Shown here: in pieces, positions 1 to 10,935 of the stretch
Layout: every line of letters begins with the position of its first letter
Position numbering within the stretch: position 1 is the stretch's first letter
Assembly: GCA_963806855.1 (NCBI GenBank)
Contig: CAWDYW010000003.1
Coordinates: 480,001 to 544,000, forward strand
Length of the DNA: 64,000 nt
Direction of reading: 5' to 3'
Source: an uncultured Verrucomicrobiae bacterium
Lineage (GTDB): Bacteria; Chlamydiota; Chlamydiia; Chlamydiales; Rhabdochlamydiaceae
Position numbers and translations under genes: made by a program
The notes under the pieces: model-generated
Database searches by the model: none
Told to the model about the DNA's origin: nothing
What the model saw: the letters and a program-made list of their open reading frames with translations, nothing else

Positions 1-385
1 CCAAAATATCGCGAGCAAGACCGGTTTTACCGCAGAGCAGTGCGCCGATAGATGTCGCAGTGAATGTGGCTAAGATGTGGGGGTTAAAGGCGTACTGCAG
101 GCCAAGAGAAAAACCTTGCATCAATTTTTTTGAGAAGATGGAAATTTTTTGAAGTTTAGAGTTGTGGGAGTCATCAATTTGTGCGCCGCAGCCTACTGGG
201 CAAGTATTATTAGAAACAAACCATCTGTCACCACATGAGCGGTGCCAACCGGCATGTTGTGATCCGGTATGGTTAACATATTCTTCAGTATCGGCTGTAA
301 GGCAGGTCGAGCATTCATAATCACCGTTAACATTTGCAATTTGTTCTGGGGTTAATCTATATGGTGCAGTTAAACTTACGGACAT
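1..385 (-). CDS. RING-H2-like zinc-finger protein, putative effector (3' end outside window)
   Basis: Not in the ORF track. Manual translation from ATG 385 (SD AAAGGAG upstream) gives MSVSLTAP...ECSTC...H...H.GWHRSC.DRW....TCPVGC, open to the window edge. Confidence 0.7.
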   Translation of the reverse strand, partial: MSVSLTAPYRLTPEQIANVNGDYECSTCLTADTEEYVNHTGSQHAGWHRSCGDRWFVSNNTCPVGCGAQIDDSHNSKLQKISIFSKKLMQGFSLGLQYAFNPHILATFTATSIGALLCGKTGLARDIL

Positions 386-511
386 TATTACAACTCCTTT
401 TTTATTAAAGTTTCATATTAAATATAATAAATAAAAAAAGATAATTTGTAAATTATTAAAATTAAAAATTGTAAATTGATTTTAATTAAATGCTTTTGTA
501 TAATAATTTGT

Positions 512-1129
512 ATGAGTAATACGATTATAGCATCTCATTCATCTTCTTTAGAACGAGGAACCTGGATTTCATTTGGCCGTGAGCTAGGTGTGGCAACAAT
601 CGAGGAAGTTTTACCTGGCTTAGCTTGCATGGCCTCATTAGCTCTGATTCCAGTTGCAGCTACCATTGCAGAAACCGCTGCATCCCTATTTTCCATAAAA
701 AAAGCAGTTGAAGAATATAGAAAAAATAAGCCTTGGACTTTCCATCGACTAGCTATCTGCTTGTATCAGGTAAATGTCGGCATGCTAATTGGATATCAAA
801 TACTTTCTGCTTCTCCTGAGGGATATCTAACGCTTGGCGCTATTGCAGTGGCAACTGGAACGGTCAAGCTTTATCTTGGATATCAACAGATCATGCAGGG
901 ATTAAAGAACAATGAAAGATCTTTGGCTAGAGGTCTTGTTACAACCATCATCGGTTCCTTCAACTTAGCAAGCGGATTGAGCAGAATGTATTTTTCCTTA
1001 CCAAACTTAATTCAGAAAATGAGAAATGAGAGAACAAATTCAACCATGGGGATCAAAAATCTTTTCTGGGAGAGGGGAACGAATTACTTAAATCAACTAT
1101 TTGGGGAGATCAGGTTGATGAGAATCTAG
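512..1129 (+). CDS. Hydrophobic membrane protein; probably the N-terminal part of a frameshifted gene continuing to 1914
   Basis: Several hydrophobic segments. ATG 512 is preferred over the upstream TTG in AT-rich sequence. Confidence 0.6.
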   Translation: MSNTIIASHSSSLERGTWISFGRELGVATIEEVLPGLACMASLALIPVAATIAETAASLFSIKKAVEEYRKNKPWTFHRLAICLYQVNVGMLIGYQILSASPEGYLTLGAIAVATGTVKLYLGYQQIMQGLKNNERSLARGLVTTIIGSFNLASGLSRMYFSLPNLIQKMRNERTNSTMGIKNLFWERGTNYLNQLFGEIRLMRI

Positions 1130-1140
1130 CAAAATCAACT

Positions 1141-1914
1141 TTGGCTGTCATTCAAGCAACCCGCGCACCTGGTGTGCATTTTTCTGAGCAAGGAATGCTG
1201 CCTTGGAAACCTGGTGGAACCTGTTCAGCTCGAACCCTCGATTTTCTTGCAAGACATCTAAAAGAATGTTCTATCGACGCTTCTTACGCCCAACAGGCAA
1301 ACTGTATTGCTAGCTTCGGAAAATATTATGAGGGAGATGGGTTAATTTTCCAATCGAGACAAGCCGCGTTTGATATGATTTCAGTCGATAAAAGCTCTAG
1401 TGATCCAGAGGCTCTCAAAACTGCAAAGATGGCTTCACTTGCTGCATTTCATCATCTAAAATTGGACCCTATGACTGAAACATCGATTCAAATTGAAGAA
1501 AATCAGTCTGCCAACATTTGTTTTGAGGAAGGCGAAATTGAGAAAATATATGAGCGCTCATATCAACTCACTGATAAACAAGAGTTGTCAATATATGCCT
1601 GTAAACCTAAAGGCCCCAATAGTCTTAAATCAAGCGAGATGAATTTAATTGATACAGTACGGAAAATTCCTTTTGGTCGTTATTTAATTCGAGGAATTAT
1701 CCCAGAAGATAATCATAAGCAAGAGCATCATGGACACAGCATAGCATTGATCAAAAGTAAAGAAGGAAGCTTTCTTTTTGATCCGATCGATGGAGCATGG
1801 TCAATTATTCGTGAAATTGGGCGTCATATGGTAGATTCTATGAGGAGCCATTCGATGTGGTATAATGAGTTTCGAATCTATCAAGTTTCTTGCAAAGAGG
1901 GTGGTAAGGGGTAA
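1141..1914 (+). CDS. YopT/C58-like papain-fold cysteine protease domain
   Basis: GGTC...GHSIAL...FLFDPIDG matches the C/H/D triad pattern. The frame is open from 1030 with no ATG before the TTG. Confidence 0.6.
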   Translation: MAVIQATRAPGVHFSEQGMLPWKPGGTCSARTLDFLARHLKECSIDASYAQQANCIASFGKYYEGDGLIFQSRQAAFDMISVDKSSSDPEALKTAKMASLAAFHHLKLDPMTETSIQIEENQSANICFEEGEIEKIYERSYQLTDKQELSIYACKPKGPNSLKSSEMNLIDTVRKIPFGRYLIRGIIPEDNHKQEHHGHSIALIKSKEGSFLFDPIDGAWSIIREIGRHMVDSMRSHSMWYNEFRIYQVSCKEGGKG

Positions 1915-2006
1915 GAAAGAAAGGTCTTTAAAAAAAGGTAAATCCTTTGAGCACAGGGTGGATTTCCTATTGGTCTTCCTTTTATTATATAATAAAAAAA
2001 TTATAA

Positions 2007-2061
2007 CAGGATATTTGGATGGTCATGATAGAAAAAATATCCTGACCATCCTAATATCCTG
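2007..2061. repeat. Inverted repeat with 24-bp arms (REP-like hairpin)
   Basis: CAGGATATTTGGATGGTCATGATA ... TATCCTGACCATCCTAATATCCTG, 2 mismatches. Confidence 0.75.
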
Positions 2062-2090
2062 AAAAAAGGCCAGCAATTGCCGGCCTTTTT
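2062..2090. terminator. Intrinsic terminator of dnaK (probably bidirectional)
   Basis: AAAAAAGGCC-loop-GGCCTTTTT immediately after the dnaK stop. Confidence 0.75.
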
Positions 2091-2093
2091 GTC

Positions 2094-4013
<1,920 letters not shown>

Positions 4014-4017
4014 AGTT

Positions 4018-4521
4018 TTACTCCTTGTTTTCTTCTTTAGATGGTTTTCTTGCGACTTTGACGCGAGCGGCTCGGATGATTCGGTCGCCGCTCTTATACC
4101 CTTTGAGGAATTCCTTGAGGATTGTCCCTTCAGGGTGGTCTTCTGTTTCTTCTACTTCAACTGCTTCGTGATGATGAGGATTGAACATCTCTCCAACAGA
4201 GTGGAAAGAGACGATATTGTGATTGCTCAAGATCTCCTTAAATTGGGAGAGGATCATGCCAAATCCTTTCGACCAATTGCGAGTCTCCTCACTCATTTGC
4301 TCAGTAAATCCCAATGCACTTTCAAAAGTGTCGATCGGGGTTAGAACCTCACTGATGACATTCTCGATGGCAAACCGGGTCATCTCATGTTTTTCCTTTT
4401 GAAGACGCTTGCGCGAATTCTCCATTTCGGCGAGCAGGCGGAAGTACTTGTCTTTAAAGTCCTCTTCTTCCACCGGTGGCGGCGCAGCTATATCTTCTAT
4501 TTTTTCTTCATTTTCACTCAT
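4018..4521 (-). CDS. grpE: Nucleotide exchange factor GrpE
   Basis: [23 protein letters not shown]...R.ARVKV; operon position. Confidence 0.96.
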   Translation of the reverse strand: MSENEEKIEDIAAPPPVEEEDFKDKYFRLLAEMENSRKRLQKEKHEMTRFAIENVISEVLTPIDTFESALGFTEQMSEETRNWSKGFGMILSQFKEILSNHNIVSFHSVGEMFNPHHHEAVEVEETEDHPEGTILKEFLKGYKSGDRIIRAARVKVARKPSKEENKE

Positions 4522-5644
4522 TATTTCTTCCTATTAGTGGAACTTGATTTTTTAACTCAATTTGCGAGGCCTTTGGCTGGCGGAAACTGATCTTAAATTT
4601 GTATAGGGAGCTCGTCAGCGTTTCGCTCAGGGCCTCTGCAGCAGTCTCCATGATTCCAAAGAGGCGCCGGTAGGGGAGTCGATTAGGACCCAGCAACGCA
4701 ATCGCACCTGCAAGCGTCTGGTGGATCCGGTAAGGGATCACAATGATCGAGCAGCCAGCAAGTTCGGTCGAGAGCATCTTGAAATCATCGCCCAAAAAGC
4801 AACACAGCTGCTGCTCTTCACAGCTTTTCTTCAGCAGCGTCCGCAGATCGACCTCGTTTTCAAAAAGCGACAAGCTGCTCGCAAGTGAAGTGGCATTGTT
4901 GAAATCTGGATAGCTAAGAAGCTTGGAAAACCCCGTCTTATAAATGTCTTCCGCGCTGAAATTTGAATAGGTGACAATGTGGCGAAGCATGATCTCTTTG
5001 TAGAAGAAATCGGCGAGCTTCTCCTCTTCAGGGTTGAGTTTGGGCTTTTCTATCCCTGAGATGCGCCACTGCAGATATTGGGCGATCCGATTTAAGTTGG
5101 CGTGCGATAGTCCCTTCTCGAGGTATAAAATTTCCGTATGGACCATCCCAAAGTCGGTGATCAACACACACAGGCATCGATTCGGATCGATCTCCACCAA
5201 TTTGATATCCAAAACAAAATCTTGATCGAAGCGAGGGGACGAGAGGAAGACCGCGCACTGAGTGCTCTCTGCCAAAACCTCAGCTGCTCTCTGCAAATAG
5301 CTGGCCACTTCGCGGGTCGATTTCGAGAGCTTGTCGCGAATCGCAGATGCCTCTTTCTCCTTCAGATCAGGCTTATGCAAGTTAGTCTGGACATAAAACT
5401 TAAATGCCTCCTCCGTCGGAATCCGTCCTCCCGAAGAGTGCTGCTGCTTCAGATAGCCCCCTTTTTCCAAGGTGGAGAAGTAATTGCGGATCGTCGCCGA
5501 AGAGAGATGCTGGAAGCCAAATTCGCGTAGAGTCGAAGAGCCAACCGGGGCGCCAGTTTCGAGATAGAGCTCGACCAGGCCGAGGAGGACCTGCTTTTCC
5601 CGCTCATCTTTGGGTGGTCTTTTAAGAGTCATCGCTTTCAACAT
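4514..5644 (-). CDS. hrcA: Heat-inducible transcription repressor HrcA
   Basis: PVGS, SSATIRN, HSSGGRIPT and LGPNRLPY motifs. Confidence 0.96.
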   Translation of the reverse strand: MLKAMTLKRPPKDEREKQVLLGLVELYLETGAPVGSSTLREFGFQHLSSATIRNYFSTLEKGGYLKQQHSSGGRIPTEEAFKFYVQTNLHKPDLKEKEASAIRDKLSKSTREVASYLQRAAEVLAESTQCAVFLSSPRFDQDFVLDIKLVEIDPNRCLCVLITDFGMVHTEILYLEKGLSHANLNRIAQYLQWRISGIEKPKLNPEEEKLADFFYKEIMLRHIVTYSNFSAEDIYKTGFSKLLSYPDFNNATSLASSLSLFENEVDLRTLLKKSCEEQQLCCFLGDDFKMLSTELAGCSIIVIPYRIHQTLAGAIALLGPNRLPYRRLFGIMETAAEALSETLTSSLYKFKISFRQPKASQIELKNQVPLIGRNNE

Positions 5645-5651
5645 GTCCTTA

Positions 5652-5680
5652 ATTATACCAAAAAGGAGGGCGGGAGTAAA
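5652..5680 (-). promoter_or_regulatory. sigma66/70 promoter of hrcA-grpE-dnaK
   Basis: TTTACT-N17-TATAAT on the minus strand. Confidence 0.75.
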
Positions 5681-5686
5681 GAAAAA

Positions 5687-5713
5687 TTAGCAGTCAGTAA
5701 GTCAGATTGCTGA
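5687..5713. promoter_or_regulatory. CIRCE operator (HrcA site)
   Basis: TTAGCAGTC-N9-GATTGCTGA versus consensus TTAGCACTC-N9-GAGTGCTAA (3 mismatches), just upstream of the -35. Confidence 0.85.
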
Positions 5714-5734
5714 TGTTTTTCTTAAGTAACTGAA

Positions 5735-5802
5735 TTTCAACGCAAAGACACCAAGGCGCAAAGACGCAATAAAAAAATTATTTTGTTTTTCTTTGCGTCT
5801 TT
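5735..5802. repeat. CGCAAAGA-unit REP-like partial palindrome (left boundary)
   Basis: Begins TTTCAACGCAAAGAC; a perfect 15-bp inverted copy ends at 7790. Confidence 0.7.
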
Positions 5803-5822
5803 ACCTCGGTTGTGTTTCCTGA

Positions 5823-5870
5823 AATTTACTGTGCAATGCTATGCAATGAAAATATTGCACAGTTGATTTA
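5823..5870. repeat. 48-bp palindromic direct repeat, copy 1
   Basis: AATTTACTGTGCAATGCTATGCAATGAAAATATTGCACAGTTGATTTA; 47/48 identical to 7266-7313. Confidence 0.9.
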
Positions 5871-5890
5871 AGAATATCATAATAAGAAAG

Positions 5891-7243
5891 TTAAACATCA
5901 GATTTTTCAACCATAACGTAAGTCGCCATCGGATCGTTTTCTGATGTCCCAATGCGGATAACAAGAGCCTTTTCTTGAAGTTGTTTAAGTCGAAGTCGAG
6001 TAGTGCGGGCAGATACTCTCCACAGTCTCATCGCCTGTTTCGCGGTTACTTCCTTCTCTTTTTTGAGATAGTCCAGTAATTTTTGGCCCCATGGGGGTAT
6101 GACCATTTCTTCCAACTGCGCTGAGTAGAGAGTTAATCTGAATTGTGTATTGAACTCCTCTATAAGAGGTGGTTTTAGTCCCTGCGCTTTACAAGTTTCT
6201 TGTATGCGGCGAAGCCCTGATCCCCATTGTTCTATAAGATGCAATTCTCTAAAGACTCGAGCAAGGACACGATTTCTAATCTTGGAAGATCCAGCGAGCG
6301 CTTTTTCAATTGTCTGTCCAAATGGGAGGCCCCCAGGATTAGTAATTTCAATCCGGTCATTAAAAATCGCAATTTGGATATGGCATCCGATCATCGAATA
6401 GTCAGTATGAATCAAAGCGTTCAAGACAGCTTCTCGGAGGGCAATGGGAGGGTATTGTAAAATGTCTTCGCGGTAAATCCTGCCAATCCGGGCTTTTTTT
6501 GATATATTGCGCTCAATAAACGCAAGGATGCTATCTGTGGCAAAGGGCAAAGGAACTTCTATGTCTGCTTGATCTAAAATTTTTTCCCTATTTAATCCGG
6601 CAAAACGTGCGCATCGAATCTCTGCATCGGGAAAAAGTTTTTTTTTATTGCTGCCAAATAGAAGTACCCCTCCATTACTGGGATATTTTTTCCCAGCTCG
6701 AAACGTCTCCACTCCTAAATTTTCAAGGCATTGAGCAGTTGTACGTTTCCCAGCTTTTTCAAAAACCTCTTTCATGGTCTCTAAATCTAGGTGCCCATGA
6801 GGATGTGGAAGCTCATCAAATGAAACCCTTTTTGCCAAAAGGCGTAATGAATCGAGCATCTCAGCATCCACCACTCGATTCGTTGACCCAAATCGGACAT
6901 AAACCCCTCGTTCAGGTCCTTCTGATTTTAAATAATACGGTCCTACGCTATGGGGAACTCGGACAATCAACAGTTCTTTATTGCGAATCGATTGAATTTC
7001 TAAGTCCGGTGTCAGAAGAGGATGGATGCTATCGCTGATTGCATTGGCGATCCGTTCCTCCTCCAATAGACTCTCGGGTACACCAATCACATTTTTGCCT
7101 TTATCTTGTACCCCTATAACAATTGTCCCGCCTGCAGTATTGGCAAAAGCGACGACTGTTTTCAAAATACCATTTAAAGCTCTGGTGTTTTCTTTGAATT
7201 CGACTGTTTTGCCTTCATTTTCGGCTAGAAGTTGAGAGATCAT
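5891..7243 (-). CDS. AlbA_2 (Schlafen-like) + HATPase_c_4 + HTH protein
   Basis: EGKTVEFKE, AFANTAGGTIVIGV, LREAVLNALIH, ITNPGG, GSGLRRI. Start reassigned to ATG 7243. Confidence 0.85.
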   Translation of the reverse strand: MISQLLAENEGKTVEFKENTRALNGILKTVVAFANTAGGTIVIGVQDKGKNVIGVPESLLEEERIANAISDSIHPLLTPDLEIQSIRNKELLIVRVPHSVGPYYLKSEGPERGVYVRFGSTNRVVDAEMLDSLRLLAKRVSFDELPHPHGHLDLETMKEVFEKAGKRTTAQCLENLGVETFRAGKKYPSNGGVLLFGSNKKKLFPDAEIRCARFAGLNREKILDQADIEVPLPFATDSILAFIERNISKKARIGRIYREDILQYPPIALREAVLNALIHTDYSMIGCHIQIAIFNDRIEITNPGGLPFGQTIEKALAGSSKIRNRVLARVFRELHLIEQWGSGLRRIQETCKAQGLKPPLIEEFNTQFRLTLYSAQLEEMVIPPWGQKLLDYLKKEKEVTAKQAMRLWRVSARTTRLRLKQLQEKALVIRIGTSENDPMATYVMVEKSDV

Positions 7244-7265
7244 ATTTTGATGATAACAGCTGTGC

Positions 7266-7313
7266 AATTTACTGTGCAATACTATGCAATGAAAATATTG
7301 CACAGTTGATTTA
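7266..7313. repeat. 48-bp palindromic direct repeat, copy 2
   Basis: See 5823-5870. Confidence 0.9.
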
Positions 7314-7434
7314 TCTAACTCATATTCAGCTGTTTGCGAAATTTTCCGACAATTCAGATTTGCTTTTCGTAAAATGTATTGCGGTTTACCATTGTTCATG
7401 AAAAAATTGAGCCATACGAAACTTTAGGAACAGT

Positions 7435-7734
7435 ATGAAACGCAGAACAGAGATTAAGTTTTTTTTATTTACGGCCAGTCTAATTTTAAGCGGTGTATTG
7501 AATGCACGCGAGGGGCATGAAGAAAGTCCACATTATGAATGGATTGATGGGCAAGATGTAGCAGTATGCGAGGATGGTATTTACATTGGTACAGTCAAAG
7601 GAATGATGCAATTGAACGTGGTCGACTACGATAGGATTAATGATCGGTATCAAGTGCGATGTTCTTGTTTGGAAAAACCATGGCTTGACCCATACGAGAA
7701 TTTAGGCATCCCGCCTGAGAAATCACTTAAATAG
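7435..7734 (+). CDS. Small exported hypothetical protein
   Basis: 99 aa with a signal-peptide-like N-terminus ending LNA; weak SD (AGGA). Confidence 0.65.
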   Translation: MKRRTEIKFFLFTASLILSGVLNAREGHEESPHYEWIDGQDVAVCEDGIYIGTVKGMMQLNVVDYDRINDRYQVRCSCLEKPWLDPYENLGIPPEKSLK

Positions 7735-7736
7735 AA

Positions 7737-7790
7737 GCGCAAAAATTGTTTTTTTTGCGTCATGGCGCCCTTTGCGTCTTTGCGTTGAAA
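7737..7790. repeat. CGCAAAGA-unit REP-like partial palindrome (right boundary)
   Basis: ...TTTGCGTCTTTGCGTTGAAA, inverted relative to 5735. Confidence 0.7.
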
Positions 7791-7796
7791 AAAGCC

Positions 7797-10700
7797 TTAG
7801 GTCTCTAGAATATCGGGGTCCATGGCGATTAGGGGCAGGATATCGACGATCGAGGGCGACCAGCCGATACCTCGCGAATAGACGAGTTTAGAGGCGATAT
7901 AGGTGGCTATAATCGCTTTCTTGTGGATGTCAGGGATCTGGGAGAGGATCCGATCTTGATAGCCCTTTCTGAGCAGGGGAGGGCAATAATTGAGTAAGCA
8001 TCTGATCAGAGGATGTTTTGGATCATTGGGGAGTAAAATCTTTTCCAAATAGTCCAAAAGGTGATATTTGTATGTATTGATCCTTTCCGACACCATCTCG
8101 GAAAGATCGGTTAAAAAGGCTCCCGTTTCGGCATGGGCGCTCAGCATCAGCTGTCCTTCATCCTTGGCTCTTGCGCGGATGATACCCAAAATTTCAGGCA
8201 TCAGCTCTTTCTTCTTCTCAATGAACTCCTGGTCACTCAGGATAAGCCCAGTCAAGACTTCAAACGAGGAGCAGATCACTCCACCCTTGTTCGCCGAACT
8301 ATCCTTGATGATGATGACCCCGAGTTTCTCTAGCGCCCGCCTTGCTTGCGGAGTCAAGTAGAGGTTGGCCCCTTCGACGATAGCGCGAGAGGTGGGTTTG
8401 CCCGTCTCATCCAAAAAGTCCTTGTAGTTGTTCTCATTCAAGGTCCTAGGTCTTCCGCCGCCGGGGATGAAGATATCGGTCTTGGTCTGATGGACATTGT
8501 TGCGGAAGAGGTGGTTCATCTCACTTCCGGAGAGCCAGTTTTTGATCACTTTCCCACTCTTTTTCTCATAGCAAAGAGTTTGCTGGGCATAGGCAGTCTG
8601 CTCCCTTTTCGTCCCCAAATCGAGCAAGAGACCGCCATCATGGAGCTTTGCCGGTGGGTAGAAACGGATCGGCTGCACATCATGGAACATCTGGGCTAAG
8701 GTCTTAAGATCGAGCCCTTCTGGATCGTAGATGGTCCCTGAGACGTCGGTGAGCGCCAGCAATTTGGCTGTCTTGGGGAAGAATTTATACAGGTTGAGGA
8801 TTTGATTTCCGGCCACATCTCCATCGGGACCGCCCGACATTTTGATCGTAAATTTGTCGGTCGTAGGATCGATGCCCATGAATTTGAGCACCTCTTCCAT
8901 GTAGACGTTGACCCCATAGGAGGTGACCCCAAATTCCTTGTGGTTGATGCCAGGGCCCGATTTGCTGGTGATGAAAGAGCTGCCGGGCTTGTAGTTGTAG
9001 TACTTGGCATAGGTCGCGATCCAGTCGATCATCTCATTGTGCATGTTCTCGTCTGGACCCAGATAAATGTACTCGGGCCGCTTGTAGTAGTCGACGATTT
9101 GCCCCGGGCGCAATTTCCCATCGGGATCGCAATTGAGTAGCGTGATGAAGGCCTCGACGTAGGAGCGCTGCGATTGGTAGAGGAATTCAAGCTTTTGCTC
9201 TTTCTGGTAGCCGGCCACCTTCTCGTCGATCTGCTCAGAAGCGAGACCTGTCTCCTCCAGCTCATCCTTATAGATCAGTTGCTCCGATTGGAGCCGTTCG
9301 AAAGGCTCGAGGAAAATCACCCCTTTGGCGCCCCCTTCGGGAATATCCTTATTCTTTTTCTGCTGGGTATAGGAGAGGTTATAGCACTCGGAGAAGACAT
9401 TGGTCCTCTCCCAAAGCATCTGCTCGATCCGCTGCGGAAATACCGTGCGGAGTCCGCCGCGTGCCAAATCTTTAAACCGGATATGGAATCCGATATAGAA
9501 CATCCCCTTAAAGAAGAAGATCGCGAAGGGCAGTTCAGGGAATTTTTCTTTCCGATCGTAGGGCAAATACTCAAGATATTTCGGATCTAACCTAAAGCTA
9601 AACGCCGTCTTGTTGCTCCGATAGAAGTTTGTCTTGAGCACATGCTCGACGAAGTTCATCCCCTGCCGGAGAATATTCTTGCGCCGGGTGTCGATCGTCG
9701 CATTGCCCGTATCCAAATCGGCGACCAGATCGAGAAATTCCTTCTTGATCTTCTCGTATTCCTTGAGATCGCATTTTTCCGGGCTGAACTTCCATTCAAA
9801 GGCCTGCGTCAGCTTGACCGTCAACTCGGGATGGCGGCAGAGCCCCTCCTCGATCTTGTTCAGACTGTACATGTTATCGTCGGCATGGGTCAGCGTCTGG
9901 TGGATGAAATTGGACATCGCCTTGATCAGATTGCCCATATTGCCCCGCACCAGTCCGGTGTCGACAAACTGCTTATCGAAAATCTCTTGCCCCTCGAAGT
10001 ACTTGAGGGTCACCATCTCCTGGAGGAAATCGTTCACATCGCACTCTTCCCAAGCAGCCTGCCCCTTGGCCCCGTGCAGCCCCACCGACATGATCAAAAT
10101 CGCATCGCGGCTATAGGGATCGATGTAGGTCGCGCTGACCCGCCGCATCGTCAGCCCGTGCCGATGGACCATCTTGGCAAAGTGGTACAAAAAGTGGTGT
10201 TTGGGGACATTGCGCCAGGCAAAGACCACCTGCATCGAAGGCTGATCCTTCACCTCTTTCCAATCTTCATTGTACTTGACCGCGTACTGGCAGTTATCCC
10301 GCTTCTTCGCCCTGAAAAACATGTCGAGCGCAGTGATCAGCCGATCCTTCGTCAGCGCCCGCAAAAATCTTGGACTCATCCCCTGGATCAGCTTCTTAAA
10401 CTCACCTTCAGTGACCGCCGGGTTGCGGGCCATGACCAGTTCCTTGATCTCCTGCTTCGTCTTCGGATCCAAAATCGCTTCTTCGAGTTCCGGTGCCGTC
10501 GTGAAGTGGATCACCGCAACGCGCAAATTGGTCTTCACCCCGGCAAAGGGGGGAGGGCTATTGGAAATGAATGTCCTGTAATTCTTGATTCCGTGGTTCT
10601 GATAATTTCTCAAAATCCGCAGATCGGCATCCCCGCTATCCAAACAAAGGGCAATGGCGGAATCTTTTAAATGGATCCTAGCGAAGAATTCCTGGAGGTC

Positions 10701-10886
10701 GAGCCCCATTAAACTATGGACAATCAGCAGGATATCTTCTTTGGAGACCTCGTCGAAGAAGCTCGGCGGCATATGCTGCTCAAGCCACAGGTAGCACTCT
10801 TCACATTTCTTACTCTCTTGGAGGACCGCTGCTGCCAAGTGCTCTCTCAGCTGCTCGCCGCTCGTCTCTTTCTTCTTCTTCGCCAT
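7797..10886 (-). CDS. Large NAD-specific glutamate dehydrogenase
   Basis: ARGGLR, KNKDIPEGGAKG, GPDENM, GGPDGDVAGN, VEGANL, DSSANKGGVICSSFEVL. Confidence 0.93.
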   Translation of the reverse strand: MAKKKKETSGEQLREHLAAAVLQESKKCEECYLWLEQHMPPSFFDEVSKEDILLIVHSLMGLDLQEFFARIHLKDSAIALCLDSGDADLRILRNYQNHGIKNYRTFISNSPPPFAGVKTNLRVAVIHFTTAPELEEAILDPKTKQEIKELVMARNPAVTEGEFKKLIQGMSPRFLRALTKDRLITALDMFFRAKKRDNCQYAVKYNEDWKEVKDQPSMQVVFAWRNVPKHHFLYHFAKMVHRHGLTMRRVSATYIDPYSRDAILIMSVGLHGAKGQAAWEECDVNDFLQEMVTLKYFEGQEIFDKQFVDTGLVRGNMGNLIKAMSNFIHQTLTHADDNMYSLNKIEEGLCRHPELTVKLTQAFEWKFSPEKCDLKEYEKIKKEFLDLVADLDTGNATIDTRRKNILRQGMNFVEHVLKTNFYRSNKTAFSFRLDPKYLEYLPYDRKEKFPELPFAIFFFKGMFYIGFHIRFKDLARGGLRTVFPQRIEQMLWERTNVFSECYNLSYTQQKKNKDIPEGGAKGVIFLEPFERLQSEQLIYKDELEETGLASEQIDEKVAGYQKEQKLEFLYQSQRSYVEAFITLLNCDPDGKLRPGQIVDYYKRPEYIYLGPDENMHNEMIDWIATYAKYYNYKPGSSFITSKSGPGINHKEFGVTSYGVNVYMEEVLKFMGIDPTTDKFTIKMSGGPDGDVAGNQILNLYKFFPKTAKLLALTDVSGTIYDPEGLDLKTLAQMFHDVQPIRFYPPAKLHDGGLLLDLGTKREQTAYAQQTLCYEKKSGKVIKNWLSGSEMNHLFRNNVHQTKTDIFIPGGGRPRTLNENNYKDFLDETGKPTSRAIVEGANLYLTPQARRALEKLGVIIIKDSSANKGGVICSSFEVLTGLILSDQEFIEKKKELMPEILGIIRARAKDEGQLMLSAHAETGAFLTDLSEMVSERINTYKYHLLDYLEKILLPNDPKHPLIRCLLNYCPPLLRKGYQDRILSQIPDIHKKAIIATYIASKLVYSRGIGWSPSIVDILPLIAMDPDILET

Positions 10887-10935
10887 AGCTTTATCTTCAC
10901 GAAGTCAACAAATTATTTCAATAAAAACCCAAAGG

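Noticed and set aside
7244..7399. N-terminal extension of the AlbA protein
   Set aside because: It runs through the 48-bp repeat; domain similarity begins at MISQLL.
8068..10670. Long antisense ORFs over gdh (and similar ones over zntA, ftsK, comEC, ndh)
   Set aside because: These are shadow frames of GC-rich genes with no recognisable motifs.
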